From a virus: 64,000 nucleotides of DNA. Below, one piece after another: positions 26,472-37,325 of this stretch. The stretch is from positions 1 to 64,000 of IMG/VR virus record IMGVR_UViG_3300025289_000026; one strand, 5' to 3'. A program made the translations under genes and the position numbers. The notes beneath the pieces are model-generated. The model did no database searches and had not been told where the DNA came from. It saw nothing but the letters and a program-made list of their open reading frames with translations. Position 1 is the first letter of the stretch. Every line of letters begins with the position of its first letter.

Positions 26472-27352
26472 TGAAAGACTTGTCAATATTCCATCTGGCT
26501 AACCGTGCTACTCTCGAGGATGTGGTATCCCTTGGGTCCAGGGTCGAGACCAAGGTCTACCGGACGGTCGAGACCCCTGGGCCATTGTTCAACCTGGCGG
26601 TCAACGTGGAGATCAAGTCCCTGGTGGTCCGGGTGGACGGGGTACAGTTGCTCCCAACGACCGATATCCCTGGGGTCGGGCAGTTTCGTCTGGTGTATGG
26701 AGAGGGCCCGGGGGGCGAGGATCAGGTAGAGGTGAGTGTTGACCAGGATTTCGTGGAGCTGACGGCCGTGTACAGTAAGCTCACGGATCTGGATGCTGTG
26801 TACTTCGAGCTCAGGGGCAAGGGCCTGAGGTTTGTCACCGATGTCTTCGTGGGGGCCGATAGGGTTGAGGAAATCATTCCGATCAATGACACCAAGCTTT
26901 GGATCCGGGTGCCAACAGGCGACGCCCCGGGGGTATTTCTTGAGAACTTGAGGGCATTGGTACCTCTGGACCACAGCCCTGCGGCGTCCGACATCATCGT
27001 GGACCTATCGACTCGATCCCGCGCGGCCACGGGGTCCAAAATCCTGATCCAGCGGTTCCTTTCGATCTTGATGTCGCCCGAGGGTGCTAATTTGTCTGAC
27101 CTTATACCTAAGGGTCGTACCAATACCCCCCAGTTTCGTGCTACTCTACTGAGCAGGACATCCATGGCCGTCACGATCACGAAGAACAAGATGATCCGCA
27201 CGACTCCCAAGAACGCAACCCCTGGGGAAGTTATTGTTGCGGCCTTTGTCACCGGGGTGACGTTTTTGCCCGATGGTTCTGCCGAGGTGTCGGTGAAACT
27301 TAAGAATCGCGCTGGTTCCACGGTATCGGTACCCTTGAGCCTGGGGACATAG
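26468..27352 (+). CDS. Baseplate wedge gp25-like protein
   Basis: C-terminal TG.KILIQRFL.IL...G and VSVKLKNRAG pattern; directly upstream of the baseplate J-like gene. Confidence 0.6.
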   Translation: MMKDLSIFHLANRATLEDVVSLGSRVETKVYRTVETPGPLFNLAVNVEIKSLVVRVDGVQLLPTTDIPGVGQFRLVYGEGPGGEDQVEVSVDQDFVELTAVYSKLTDLDAVYFELRGKGLRFVTDVFVGADRVEEIIPINDTKLWIRVPTGDAPGVFLENLRALVPLDHSPAASDIIVDLSTRSRAATGSKILIQRFLSILMSPEGANLSDLIPKGRTNTPQFRATLLSRTSMAVTITKNKMIRTTPKNATPGEVIVAAFVTGVTFLPDGSAEVSVKLKNRAGSTVSVPLSLGT

Positions 27353-27353
27353 T

Positions 27354-30300
27354 ATGGAAGAAATTATCGAGAAGATACGTGAACTCATGGGTCAGGTTGA
27401 CCCCGCGTTCGATGTGTCGGCCGGTTCGGCATTCGATACCGTGGTGTTGCAGTACGTCCGGGATCAGTTCGGTGTCGAGGACCTGACCCTTGATATCGAG
27501 GACATGATCATCAGGAGGATCGAGCAACTCGACCCCGAGATCCTGACGGCCGAGGGGAGTCCGATTCGTGAGTTCCTGATCAAGCCCTTGACCGCGATCC
27601 TCCAGGTCCCGAGGCTCGAGATCCAGCGGATAAAGAACAACCAAGATCTAAATAATTTCAACGACATGACCGACCTCGAGCTCGAGCGCCGGTTGTCGAA
27701 CTTTTTCGTCTCACGGCGCCAGGGTGACGTAGCCGTAGGGGTCGTGAGGGCTTTCTTCGCATCCCCGGTGCCCGTCCGGACCAACTTGACCAACAGGGCC
27801 ACGACGTCGACTGGCCTGGGGTACTTGCCGGATGGAGCCTTCACCGCGTCCCAACAGCTGGTCGCGAGCCAGAAGTCCGATGGACTCTTCTTCGTCGATA
27901 TCCCGTACGTCGCGGAGAACCGGGGGCAGCAGTACAACGTGGACCCCGGGGCCATCTCGGCGATCGACAATCTCCCGGGTCTTGTCCGGGCGACCAATGT
28001 GGAGGCGTTCGTTGGAGGGATCCCACGAGAAGACAACACCGCCATGTTGAACCGTGCGCTAAAGAGCTTGGCAGAACGATCCCTCAGTTCACGCAACAGT
28101 ATCGTGACGATCCTGTTCGAGCGGTTCTCCAACAAGCTCTTGTCCATCATCCCGATCGGCTTTGGGGATATTGAGATGCAGCGGGACGTCTTTACGGTCG
28201 AGCCCTCGGTCTTGAAGGCCGGGGTCAGGATCATGTTGATACCTGGGGGCGGTAACGCTACCTTTGACCTCGACAGCCCCGAGGTGGACGATAGCTCAAC
28301 GCTATTCCGGGTGTTCGACGGTACTACCGAGTTGACCAAGGTGGCGTCATTCACGGGTCCGGATCAATTTATGTTTCTCGACAACGCGGGTCCCGGGGGT
28401 GTTGATCAGATTGTCCTGGACACCGCGACTGCCGAGGTCGTGACGGTGTTGCTACACGACCGCTCCGCCGTGGTGGATTTGATCCGCACGATCCCGGGGT
28501 CGATCGAGTTGCCCCCGTTGTTTCCTGCGCCTGACCAGAGCCAAGACATCCACGTGGGCGGTAAGGCCGACATCTTTGTCAAGCCCTCGACCCACGAGGT
28601 GGATTCTGTCAAGGTGCTGGTCCTGGGGAACTTCACGGTATTCAAGGCAGACGACGGGGCTATCTACCAGGAGCCCGATGGGTCGTGGTACTTCGAGACA
28701 GCCCGACGGCTCGACCTCCAGGAGATGGGGGTGTTGCCAGGAGATTTTGTCGAATTGGTGTCGGAAGATTACCTTGAAGGCCAATACGTCCGGGCCGGCG
28801 AGAGCTTCGTGGCCGAGCAGCTGGATCTGGCGAACAAGAGGATCAAGTTGGCGGGTGTGCCGGCGGGATTCATCGCGGTGGTGGACCGGGACGTTCGGAT
28901 CCGGATTCCAGAGGCCAGGGCATTCCCGTTGGAACGGTTGGTCGCGGTGGACAACCAGAATGCCGCCGTGTTCCTTGACACCAGTGGGGTCAACACGGGT
29001 GAATTCAGCACCGCGGCCCGGCCCTTGGCCCCGGGGTTCGGGAGTTTCAATCGCGATATCTCGGATCCCGCGTTTGCCCGGACGTTCCAAACCCCCGTCC
29101 CCATGGTCGCGACCCGGGGGTCTACTATTTTTGATCACGAGGGAAGCCCCGTGCTCTACGGCATCGGGATCGAGACGGGTGCAGGAGAAGTGTTGTACTT
29201 TACCGCCGAGGAGAACATCGCGAGCGGGAGTTTGAATCGCCCATGGACTCGAATCCTCGATGTCAAGATATTGGACTCCTTGTCCTTGGAACCTATTGCC
29301 GACGAGACCCTCGCGTCCATCTACCCCGCGGATATCCGGTCAGTCGATCTGGCCGGCGGGGTCGACGAGGTCAACGAGGCCGCGGGTAACGTCAGGATTT
29401 ATTTTGAGAAGCCGGTCACGATCCTGTTGTACGGATCGGACTATGGGGCCGAGCAGACGAGGTTTGTCCACCGGGTGACCCGGGAGGTCGAGCCTGGGGT
29501 TTTCGTAGAGTTCAATCTCAAGTACCGGCTTATCACCCATGGGCCCGCCGGCTCCCCCGCGGTGCTGTTGTTGCCTCCTGATTTCCGAGAAGAGAACGGC
29601 CTCTGGTTCATCGAGTTGGCTGTCCAGGGGGATCATGTAGAATCCGAACGCAGCGATGCTGCCGACGTGACGGAATCGGATCTCGTGTTGGGCGATGGAG
29701 CCGTCATGGTGATCGGGGATGTGGATCTTGAGGATGATCTTGTCCACCAGGTCGGTGAACTGGAGTTCGAGTCAGCCGGCGACCCAAGCCCCAGGCTCGC
29801 GGGCAACGCGACCGGTGGGCTCGAAACCCCTGTAGACTCGTTGCACCCGTATCTCTTGTACACAGGTACCGGCTGGACAGGAGGCATCTTTACGGCCAAT
29901 TCATCGTTTGTTTCGTTCCGAACCAACCAGATTCGAATCGGTGATTTTCTCCGCACGTTGGTCCAGGCTCCGGCATCTTACGCTACGATTACGACTGGGT
30001 CTGTACAAGTACCACCTAACGACTACAAGTACAAGGATCCATCGTTGAACTTTGGGCCCACGGGTGTGAATGTCAAAGTAGGGGATATTGTCACTGGCTT
30101 GACCCCAAGTCCGGTATACGTCGTCGCCATCTCGACCGATACCAACCCGAACGATACCCTTGAACTGTCAAGTGTTGTTACCCCTTTGGGCCTCGTCACT
30201 ATCTCTCTATGGCGTTGGGTTGCATATTCCACGTATCCAATTGTGGATGTACCATCTGAGGGCACTGTTCAGGTAGAAGAACCTGGAAATGAAGTTGCAC

Positions 30301-31976
30301 CAATCCGATTCGTCATCCTGAACCAAGAGGGTACTTTCCGGCTGAAGAACCCCCACATCCGCCTGAGCGCAGAACTTCTGGAGGATGGGACCACTGGGAA
30401 TTTGCCCAATCGCAGTTACCGAGCTGAAGGTTTCCGTGTGGAACCTCGTAACCCTTACGACCGTCGGTTACTGGATCGTCAGTACACCTTTGGGGTCGAG
30501 GAGTTGAGCTACTTCCGCTATACCGAGGGGTCGAACTCCGAATACTTGCCGAACCTCGACCCATCGGGTAGTGAGCTTCGCCTGTTGGCCGAGCGGGCCG
30601 TGGTAGACGGGAGAGCTCGCGGGAACTTCACCTTCATGTGCGGGCGCCGCGTCGCGGTCAAGGGGCCGGGCTATGAATTTGTAACAGGCCCATCGGTCGT
30701 GATGTACGACACCTTCCCCTCGGCCACGGGGCTCGCGGGAGTATCGTCCGTGGCGGCGAATCAACCATCACTCCCACCGACTTTTAAGAAAAATCTTGTT
30801 GACGGTACCTTGACCAATGATTCGATTGATTCTCAACACCTCAGGGCGCTGATCGGCTCCTTGGAGCTTCGGCAGATTCCCTATGTACCGACGGATCTGC
30901 CGATGACCCTTGGGTTCGACTATATGTTTGGTAAACAGGCGGGCGATTCAGCAGCCGATGCATTGTTTTTCTCGGCCGACACGATCGCGCAACTTGGTAT
31001 CGAGGTAGTGGCCTTGTCTGCCCCCGCCAGCGTGACTTTCAGCGCAGGGAATAATTTTGAAGATGCTGGGTTCGATTTTGTGGCCGCGGGGGTGGTGCCG
31101 GGAGATTTCCTATGGATTCGTAAGCAGGGGTCTCCTCCTAACACTGGGCTAGACATTGGGTTCTTCAAGATCGCGGTTGTGGGTTCTCCCCCGTTACCCA
31201 ATGTTAATCAAGTGGAAGTCGTCGGCACGCCTTTCGTGACTGTTGGGGCGGACACTACGATCGAGTACGGGGTCATCAGGCCCAATGGCAAGCGGATCGA
31301 TATTCAACACTTGATACGGCTTGACGGAATCATCTTGGCGACCGGCGCGGCCCCGGTCTCGTTGACCGACGGGATCTTGACCGTCACGCTGCCCGTAACC
31401 CCTCGGCCGGCCAAGTTGGTGGCCAGCACGATCAATGGGTCAGCTATTCTGCTCTACAGCGTCCTGGGGGATCAGGATCTCGAGGCCGATGTGCCGGACG
31501 GTTCCTACACCCGTGGTACTGCCCCGGTGAATGAGCTTGGGGAGAACTATACGTCCGTTGGGCTCCAGGGGCGGGACATTGAGATCGAGTACGAATGGTC
31601 AAGGTCGGCCCGTGAGACCCACGAGTACGTGGTGGCGCCGTCGACCCGTTCGATTAACCAAGACCTTCTAGTGCGCCACGGGATCCCCGTGTACGTGAAT
31701 ATCCGCATGACGGTCAACTCGCCATTTGCCTCGTCTCAAGACCTTGAGGATGCGCTCAGAAGCTATATCCTGGTGCTCGACCAGACTGACCTCAAGACTT
31801 CGAATCTCGTGCGGTTGCCCGCGATTGCCAAGCACGTCCCGATCCCCGTGTCGATCATCGGGGTCACGGTGCTGGAGGATAGGACGTTGTCAACTTATCG
31901 GTCGGACGACGGGATCGATTACCGCCGCATCGAAGTCGTGCTCCCAAACGACATCGAAGTCACCGTGACGTCGTGA
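27354..31976 (+). CDS. Baseplate J-like (T4 gp6-like) wedge protein, much enlarged
   Basis: GSPIREFLIKP, AENRGQQYNV, TNVEAFVGGIPRED...R baseplate-J N-terminal signature. Confidence 0.85.
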   Translation: MEEIIEKIRELMGQVDPAFDVSAGSAFDTVVLQYVRDQFGVEDLTLDIEDMIIRRIEQLDPEILTAEGSPIREFLIKPLTAILQVPRLEIQRIKNNQDLNNFNDMTDLELERRLSNFFVSRRQGDVAVGVVRAFFASPVPVRTNLTNRATTSTGLGYLPDGAFTASQQLVASQKSDGLFFVDIPYVAENRGQQYNVDPGAISAIDNLPGLVRATNVEAFVGGIPREDNTAMLNRALKSLAERSLSSRNSIVTILFERFSNKLLSIIPIGFGDIEMQRDVFTVEPSVLKAGVRIMLIPGGGNATFDLDSPEVDDSSTLFRVFDGTTELTKVASFTGPDQFMFLDNAGPGGVDQIVLDTATAEVVTVLLHDRSAVVDLIRTIPGSIELPPLFPAPDQSQDIHVGGKADIFVKPSTHEVDSVKVLVLGNFTVFKADDGAIYQEPDGSWYFETARRLDLQEMGVLPGDFVELVSEDYLEGQYVRAGESFVAEQLDLANKRIKLAGVPAGFIAVVDRDVRIRIPEARAFPLERLVAVDNQNAAVFLDTSGVNTGEFSTAARPLAPGFGSFNRDISDPAFARTFQTPVPMVATRGSTIFDHEGSPVLYGIGIETGAGEVLYFTAEENIASGSLNRPWTRILDVKILDSLSLEPIADETLASIYPADIRSVDLAGGVDEVNEAAGNVRIYFEKPVTILLYGSDYGAEQTRFVHRVTREVEPGVFVEFNLKYRLITHGPAGSPAVLLLPPDFREENGLWFIELAVQGDHVESERSDAADVTESDLVLGDGAVMVIGDVDLEDDLVHQVGELEFESAGDPSPRLAGNATGGLETPVDSLHPYLLYTGTGWTGGIFTANSSFVSFRTNQIRIGDFLRTLVQAPASYATITTGSVQVPPNDYKYKDPSLNFGPTGVNVKVGDIVTGLTPSPVYVVAISTDTNPNDTLELSSVVTPLGLVTISLWRWVAYSTYPIVDVPSEGTVQVEEPGNEVAPIRFVILNQEGTFRLKNPHIRLSAELLEDGTTGNLPNRSYRAEGFRVEPRNPYDRRLLDRQYTFGVEELSYFRYTEGSNSEYLPNLDPSGSELRLLAERAVVDGRARGNFTFMCGRRVAVKGPGYEFVTGPSVVMYDTFPSATGLAGVSSVAANQPSLPPTFKKNLVDGTLTNDSIDSQHLRALIGSLELRQIPYVPTDLPMTLGFDYMFGKQAGDSAADALFFSADTIAQLGIEVVALSAPASVTFSAGNNFEDAGFDFVAAGVVPGDFLWIRKQGSPPNTGLDIGFFKIAVVGSPPLPNVNQVEVVGTPFVTVGADTTIEYGVIRPNGKRIDIQHLIRLDGIILATGAAPVSLTDGILTVTLPVTPRPAKLVASTINGSAILLYSVLGDQDLEADVPDGSYTRGTAPVNELGENYTSVGLQGRDIEIEYEWSRSARETHEYVVAPSTRSINQDLLVRHGIPVYVNIRMTVNSPFASSQDLEDALRSYILVLDQTDLKTSNLVRLPAIAKHVPIPVSIIGVTVLEDRTLSTYRSDDGIDYRRIEVVLPNDIEVTVTS

Positions 31977-32142
31977 TATGGCCGCACCCTGTACACAACT
32001 GTACCGTGGCGGCCTGGCTCTTGTTGTTCAACAGGGTACCGCCGCACCGGCACGTCGCCATGGTGGTGACCTGGCCGGCCGCCAGGCTCTTGACCCATTG
32101 ATCTTCGAAACAGTGGGGAGCCACGGCATCCAGGAGATCCAA
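31960..32142 (-). CDS. Small zinc-ribbon protein antisense to the baseplate operon
   Basis: CRCGG...CTGCG filling a 167-nt gap; start TTG 32142 or ATG 32061. Confidence 0.45.
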   Translation of the reverse strand: MDLLDAVAPHCFEDQWVKSLAAGQVTTMATCRCGGTLLNNKSQAATVQLCTGCGHITTSR

Positions 32143-32143
32143 G

Positions 32144-35100
32144 ATGCCTAAGATCTTTGGGTCCTCGGTTGAGTCTTCGTTCTTCAAGTTTTTGTCCAAG
32201 ATTTGGGATAAGCTCCCGCAGGACGATCGAGATTTCCTTGCGGAGTATTGGCGTGGGTTGATCCGCGGGGCATCGGACGAATACCTCAACATTCTACAGG
32301 TCGAGGCCGCGACCGGCATCCTGTCGATCAATCCGTTTGAGGTCAAGAAGTGGCGCCCCATCGAGGTGCGGAAAGTCCTGGGGTTCAAAGACCAGGATGC
32401 AGACGGCCTCGTCTCGGTATATCCATCGGGCCGCACGACCCCACACCATCTTGACCACGGGATCGCGAGGATCGAGGGACTGTATCGAAATCTCGAGGCT
32501 CTGCATTTTGAACTCGACCCTCCTGTACCTCATGCCCAGGTGTTCGATTTCTCGTTTGACATGCGGTTGACCCGCCTGGGTCCCCAGGGCGATGCCGTGG
32601 CCGTGGGGTACTACGACGGGGAGGGCGTGCGTGCTCGAGCCTCGTCGGTTGCCCTGGTGTTTGGCAAGATCGCGGGTACCGAGTTCGTCCCCGTGGTCAC
32701 GTTGGTGGGGTCCGACACGACCGTCAAGGTGGGGTTCGCGCTCCCCGAGGTGATCTCACCGACCGGGATCTTGGCCGCGGGGTTCGCGTTCTCCAACCAG
32801 GAGAACCTCGCGGTCGTGGCACCCAGGTTGTTGCCCAGCACCACACTGGAGGGCGGGCAAGCGGCAGTCCAGGTACCCGAAGGTAGCTACGGATCGGTGT
32901 CATTGCTCCTCAGTACACCCCCGGGCCCAGGGGATCGGTTGTTCCACGTGTACCGTTCCCCCACGAATTTCCAAGACAGTTATGAACTCCTCACGACCCA
33001 GGGGCCTGTGGAACTGACCAACGTGGCGTTAGGCGAATACAGTCTCCAGTTCAGTACCTCGGGGGTGCCGTTCAATCAAGGCGATTGGATTAAGATCCGG
33101 CCCCTGTCGCTCGATGCACAATTCACCTTCCAGTCGGGCGCACCTCCATTCATGCCTTTACGAGTCCAGCAGACGACTTCGAAACTATCGCTCACCTGGG
33201 CTGCTGCTTCGGGGTCCGAAGCCCCGGGCCTGTGGCTCGTGACATCCGACACCCTCGGGCTGTACGAATCGCTCCAGGCGGTCAAGATCCTGGAGGGCAC
33301 GATCAATCCCTTGGATGACCTGACGACGTTTCACTTCGAGGACTTCCACACCTACAGGGTCGATGTCGGCAACGGGTTGATCAAGGTGTTGATCGACGGG
33401 GCCGAAGTCTTGTCCCAGGGGTTCGACCATAGGTCAGATCGTGAGTTCGGCGCCTTCGGGATCTACTCGTTGGAGGGTGCCGTAGGGTCACTCGCGTTCT
33501 TCCGCAATACCAAGTTTTTCCGGTTCAACCTTGACCAAAGGATCGCGGAACTCCCGGCCCTGTATGACAAGTACGAGCAGGCCACCAAGGTCCTGGAGAT
33601 CGGGTCCAACTACACCCTTGAGCCCGGGATCCTGAGGTTCAACAGCTTGGCGGACGTGGGGATCGACGACATCATGGTGGCGGAGTACGTGGGGTACTCG
33701 ACCCGCCGGATCGAGACGACCTATGGATTGCTCGCTGGGGTCACGGGACCCGACAGCCTCGAGATGAAGAACAGGACCATCGCGATCTGGAACGCCCTGT
33801 GGAGCGGGGCCCAGCTCGAGAGTATCCGGAAGGGCGTCCAGGCATTCCTTGGACTCCCCATCAGTTTGGTAGAGGGTTTTGTTACGAGCGACACCTCGGT
33901 GGACAATTTCATCGATATCGATGGGGTCCGCTACACATTCAAAGAGCCTGTGGGCCCAGGGGTTAACCCCAGGACGGGGAAGATATTTCAACGCGGTGAC
34001 TACGTGGCCTCCATGACCGCGTTGTCCAGTGGCGTTACGGTCCGGGACCTGGTGGTCCAGCGGGGCTGGTGGTATCAGCACCAACAGGATGGCAATCTCC
34101 ACGAATTACAGAAATACCACTACTTCGAAGTCGAGATCGATGACCGGCTCGTCGACCCCGCCATCATCATCGAGGTCGAGGCATTCCTGGATCGTATCAG
34201 ACCCATCGGCGACCGTTTCTTCGTGGTGGCCCGGGGGGATAACCTCGATACCCTGGTGGTCGAGGGGAACGAGAGCCGTGTGGCTCTGCTGGATCCAACC
34301 ACGGGGGACCCACGGCGAGTGTTCATTGGGGATTCGAGTGATCCGGCGGTTGTCTGCACCCCCTACATCCTCACGACCCCGGAGCCCGCGACCCTGGGGT
34401 ACCAGATGTTCGGTGCCTTGACGATCCAGGAGGTAGAAGGATTGTTCGACCTCCAGGAAGGCCAGAGCCTCACGGGCATCGAGGTCGGGGGGTTTGGAGA
34501 TCCTGACCCTGCGTTCCTGGAGTTCAACTTGATCCAGAGTGGAACCGGTGGAGCCACCACGGCCCCATTGCTGTTTTCCGACCCCACGCTCGCGGGTCCC
34601 ACGACCTTCACGGCCACGGGCGTCAGGCCGGGCGATGTCCTGACGATTCTGCTGGGTCCACTGTTTGGTAACTACCAGGTATCCGAGGTCACGAGTCCCA
34701 CGACCCTGGAGATCAACCCGACGTTCCGGCCCTTCGTGACCAACGGGGGGCCACTGCTCTACGAGGTCACGAGACCAGCGGTATACAACGGGGCCATGAG
34801 TTCCTTCTTCCCTGTGGGCGGGTACCTGGTACGACCCGGCGCTACCTTGGTCATCAAGGCCGATTATTTTCCTGAAGTTTCGGTAATTGTTGGTATCGAG
34901 CCTGCTGTGGACCCATTCTTAGCGCCGTTTGTTCAGCCAGAGGATCTTGTGGATGCGCTTTTCTTTCTAAACGGGGAATCCAAGATCCCGGGGGCGATCC
35001 CGAAGCTCCAGTTCCTGAGGGTCGACACACGAGATTTTCCACCATTCGCTACACCGCCGCGGCGCCTTTGTATCGAGACCGCGGCGAGCAAGGGGATGAA

Positions 35101-36565
35101 TTCCACTATCCTGCTGACTGAGACCAATGGGTCACAAGACCTCCAGATGGCCGAGGGGACGTACCGAGGGCTCTTCACGTACCCTGGGCCGGATATCGAG
35201 CCGCTCGTGGGGACCGAGGGGGGGCCCTTCCTGGAGTCCGAGCGGTTGATCGTCCTGCCGGTCGATGCCTCGGGCCCCGGGGAACCGGGGCTGGAGTTCG
35301 ATGCCGAGATCGAGCTGGACGATGGCCTGACGGTCCGGCGGGATCTCCAGGCCGTCACGGATCCCCCGGATCCCGATGTCCTGCTTCCTGAACCCTACCG
35401 TGTCGTCGGGTTGCTGGAAGTCCCGGGGTCCCAGTACAATGATCTCCGGACGGGCCAGCCCTACCAGGTGGCCATCGCCAATGGGTCTCAATTCGGTACC
35501 TTCTACCTCGATTACCAGTTCCCCAGGGTCGAGTTCCCCGTGGCCCAGGGGGCCGATGGCGAGGTATTGATCGGCAGCCCCAATTTCGTGATCCCGAGCC
35601 TATTGGCCGGGACCCCCGCGGTCTTCATCACGGGGTTGGGGGCCGACACCCTGGCGCCCAACGTGGTGGAGGACTTGTTGGCCGATTTTTCGTCCGTGCG
35701 GCCTGGTGATACCATCGAGGTCGGGACCCCCCTGGTCCCCCGGGCTATCGCCCAGGTGCTCTCCAGTACCAAGTTACTGTTGGCCGACGCCCCTGCCCTT
35801 GAGCTATCGCAGCTTGGGGTGCCGTATACGATCCGGGGGACCGTGGTCCCGGGGGACTGGTTGTTCATCGAGGAGTTCGCCGGTCCAGTGGATCGCGATA
35901 TCCTGGGGATCCGGGAGGGTGACGTCCTGGTCGTCACGTCGGTCGGGAGCCAGTTTGTCACGGTCTCGAGGATTCTGGTGAACGGGAGTCTCGAGGCCCT
36001 GGTGTTCGGCGCCACGGTCACGGGGATTCAGTACCGGCTCCTGAGGGCACCGCTGCCCTACAGTGCCAACCCACAGGTCCCCGCGGTCTCGAGGGTCTCG
36101 AGGGTGAACCTTGGGTACAACTTGAAAGCCGACGATATCCGGTCGGTCGAAGATGCGGTCGATATCGAGATCCTGCTTCCCTGTGGCCCCGGGGAGGTGG
36201 CGGTCATGGAGAACACCAGCTATACCCTGGCGCTTGGTGATGTCGTCAGGGTATCGTTCGAGTATGATGGTCAGGTCGTCATCCCGGGCCAGGCGGCCGA
36301 GGGGGTTGGGATCGGCCAGGGGGACGTGATCTCGGCCTCGAGGTTCAAGTCACCGGTCGATTGGTACAACATGGGGGTCAGGTCGGTCGCGGACGTGGGG
36401 GCAACCCAGGGGGACTACATGGATCTCGTGGGCCTGCCGGCCAACACCGGGGTATTCCAAATCCTGGCCATCGAGACGACGGATCAATTGAACGATACCC
36501 TCGTGCTGGCCATTGGGACACTGGTTATTGAGACGGGTGTATCCTATACTGTCGTGTGCCTCTAG
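32144..36565 (+). CDS. Large baseplate wedge subunit (gp7/tail protein I-like)
   Basis: ALWSG.QLESIRKGVQAFLG, FLDRIRP; follows baseplate J. Confidence 0.7.
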   Translation: MPKIFGSSVESSFFKFLSKIWDKLPQDDRDFLAEYWRGLIRGASDEYLNILQVEAATGILSINPFEVKKWRPIEVRKVLGFKDQDADGLVSVYPSGRTTPHHLDHGIARIEGLYRNLEALHFELDPPVPHAQVFDFSFDMRLTRLGPQGDAVAVGYYDGEGVRARASSVALVFGKIAGTEFVPVVTLVGSDTTVKVGFALPEVISPTGILAAGFAFSNQENLAVVAPRLLPSTTLEGGQAAVQVPEGSYGSVSLLLSTPPGPGDRLFHVYRSPTNFQDSYELLTTQGPVELTNVALGEYSLQFSTSGVPFNQGDWIKIRPLSLDAQFTFQSGAPPFMPLRVQQTTSKLSLTWAAASGSEAPGLWLVTSDTLGLYESLQAVKILEGTINPLDDLTTFHFEDFHTYRVDVGNGLIKVLIDGAEVLSQGFDHRSDREFGAFGIYSLEGAVGSLAFFRNTKFFRFNLDQRIAELPALYDKYEQATKVLEIGSNYTLEPGILRFNSLADVGIDDIMVAEYVGYSTRRIETTYGLLAGVTGPDSLEMKNRTIAIWNALWSGAQLESIRKGVQAFLGLPISLVEGFVTSDTSVDNFIDIDGVRYTFKEPVGPGVNPRTGKIFQRGDYVASMTALSSGVTVRDLVVQRGWWYQHQQDGNLHELQKYHYFEVEIDDRLVDPAIIIEVEAFLDRIRPIGDRFFVVARGDNLDTLVVEGNESRVALLDPTTGDPRRVFIGDSSDPAVVCTPYILTTPEPATLGYQMFGALTIQEVEGLFDLQEGQSLTGIEVGGFGDPDPAFLEFNLIQSGTGGATTAPLLFSDPTLAGPTTFTATGVRPGDVLTILLGPLFGNYQVSEVTSPTTLEINPTFRPFVTNGGPLLYEVTRPAVYNGAMSSFFPVGGYLVRPGATLVIKADYFPEVSVIVGIEPAVDPFLAPFVQPEDLVDALFFLNGESKIPGAIPKLQFLRVDTRDFPPFATPPRRLCIETAASKGMNSTILLTETNGSQDLQMAEGTYRGLFTYPGPDIEPLVGTEGGPFLESERLIVLPVDASGPGEPGLEFDAEIELDDGLTVRRDLQAVTDPPDPDVLLPEPYRVVGLLEVPGSQYNDLRTGQPYQVAIANGSQFGTFYLDYQFPRVEFPVAQGADGEVLIGSPNFVIPSLLAGTPAVFITGLGADTLAPNVVEDLLADFSSVRPGDTIEVGTPLVPRAIAQVLSSTKLLLADAPALELSQLGVPYTIRGTVVPGDWLFIEEFAGPVDRDILGIREGDVLVVTSVGSQFVTVSRILVNGSLEALVFGATVTGIQYRLLRAPLPYSANPQVPAVSRVSRVNLGYNLKADDIRSVEDAVDIEILLPCGPGEVAVMENTSYTLALGDVVRVSFEYDGQVVIPGQAAEGVGIGQGDVISASRFKSPVDWYNMGVRSVADVGATQGDYMDLVGLPANTGVFQILAIETTDQLNDTLVLAIGTLVIETGVSYTVVCL

Positions 36566-36592
36566 CGTGCTAGAATAACCCGATCCACTTGC

Positions 36593-37318
36593 ATGAAGGC
36601 CACGATTCCACCGTTCACTGGTTTTGTCGAGATCGAGCAGCTTGATCTCCAGGGGAACCTCGTGGCTCTCGAGTCCCAAGGTTTCAACCTGGTGCTCAAT
36701 AATTTTCGGCAATATCTGCCCCGCCTCCTGGCCCCCCGGATCGTGACGGGCCGGACGGACAACTCCTCGGGCAACAACAGTTGGCTGGACCGCCGGATCG
36801 CGCTGTTGGGAATTGGAATCGGCGACGGGGCTGTCCCGACCCCGACGGTCAAGCCAGAGGATCCGGAGGATGGCCGCACCCGGCTGCTCGGCGGTCTATT
36901 TACCGACGACGAGGATGCAAAGCAAGGACTCCAGGGCCCGATCCGCCGGATCCCCCTGACACCCAGCGGCCCGAGCGAGAAGCATACGCTCGTGAGCCCG
37001 ATCAACAGCTTTTATCTGTTCAAAGAAGTGGACATCGATGGGATCGCGTTTCAGGATATTGGTGGCGGGGGCTCGGAGATCAAGTTCAGGTTCACCGTTG
37101 ACTCGGACGAGTACATTGGCAACATCATGGAGTATGGGCTCTACCTCGGGGGTGGGGACGCGACTGACGATACATCATTTTTGATCTCAGGACCTGATTT
37201 TGATCGTGTCCGGTTGTCCCGCGAGACCGCCATCATTGTGGCGCGGAAGACACGGAACAAACCGTTGGAGAAAACCAGAGGATTCAAATTCCGCCTGACC
37301 TGGCGGCTCCGTACCTAG
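36593..37318 (+). CDS. Baseplate/tail-collar protein
   Basis: GIGIGDG..P, IMEYGLY, ARKT.NKPLEKT pattern. Confidence 0.7.
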   Translation: MKATIPPFTGFVEIEQLDLQGNLVALESQGFNLVLNNFRQYLPRLLAPRIVTGRTDNSSGNNSWLDRRIALLGIGIGDGAVPTPTVKPEDPEDGRTRLLGGLFTDDEDAKQGLQGPIRRIPLTPSGPSEKHTLVSPINSFYLFKEVDIDGIAFQDIGGGGSEIKFRFTVDSDEYIGNIMEYGLYLGGGDATDDTSFLISGPDFDRVRLSRETAIIVARKTRNKPLEKTRGFKFRLTWRLRT

Positions 37319-37325
37319 GGGATTC

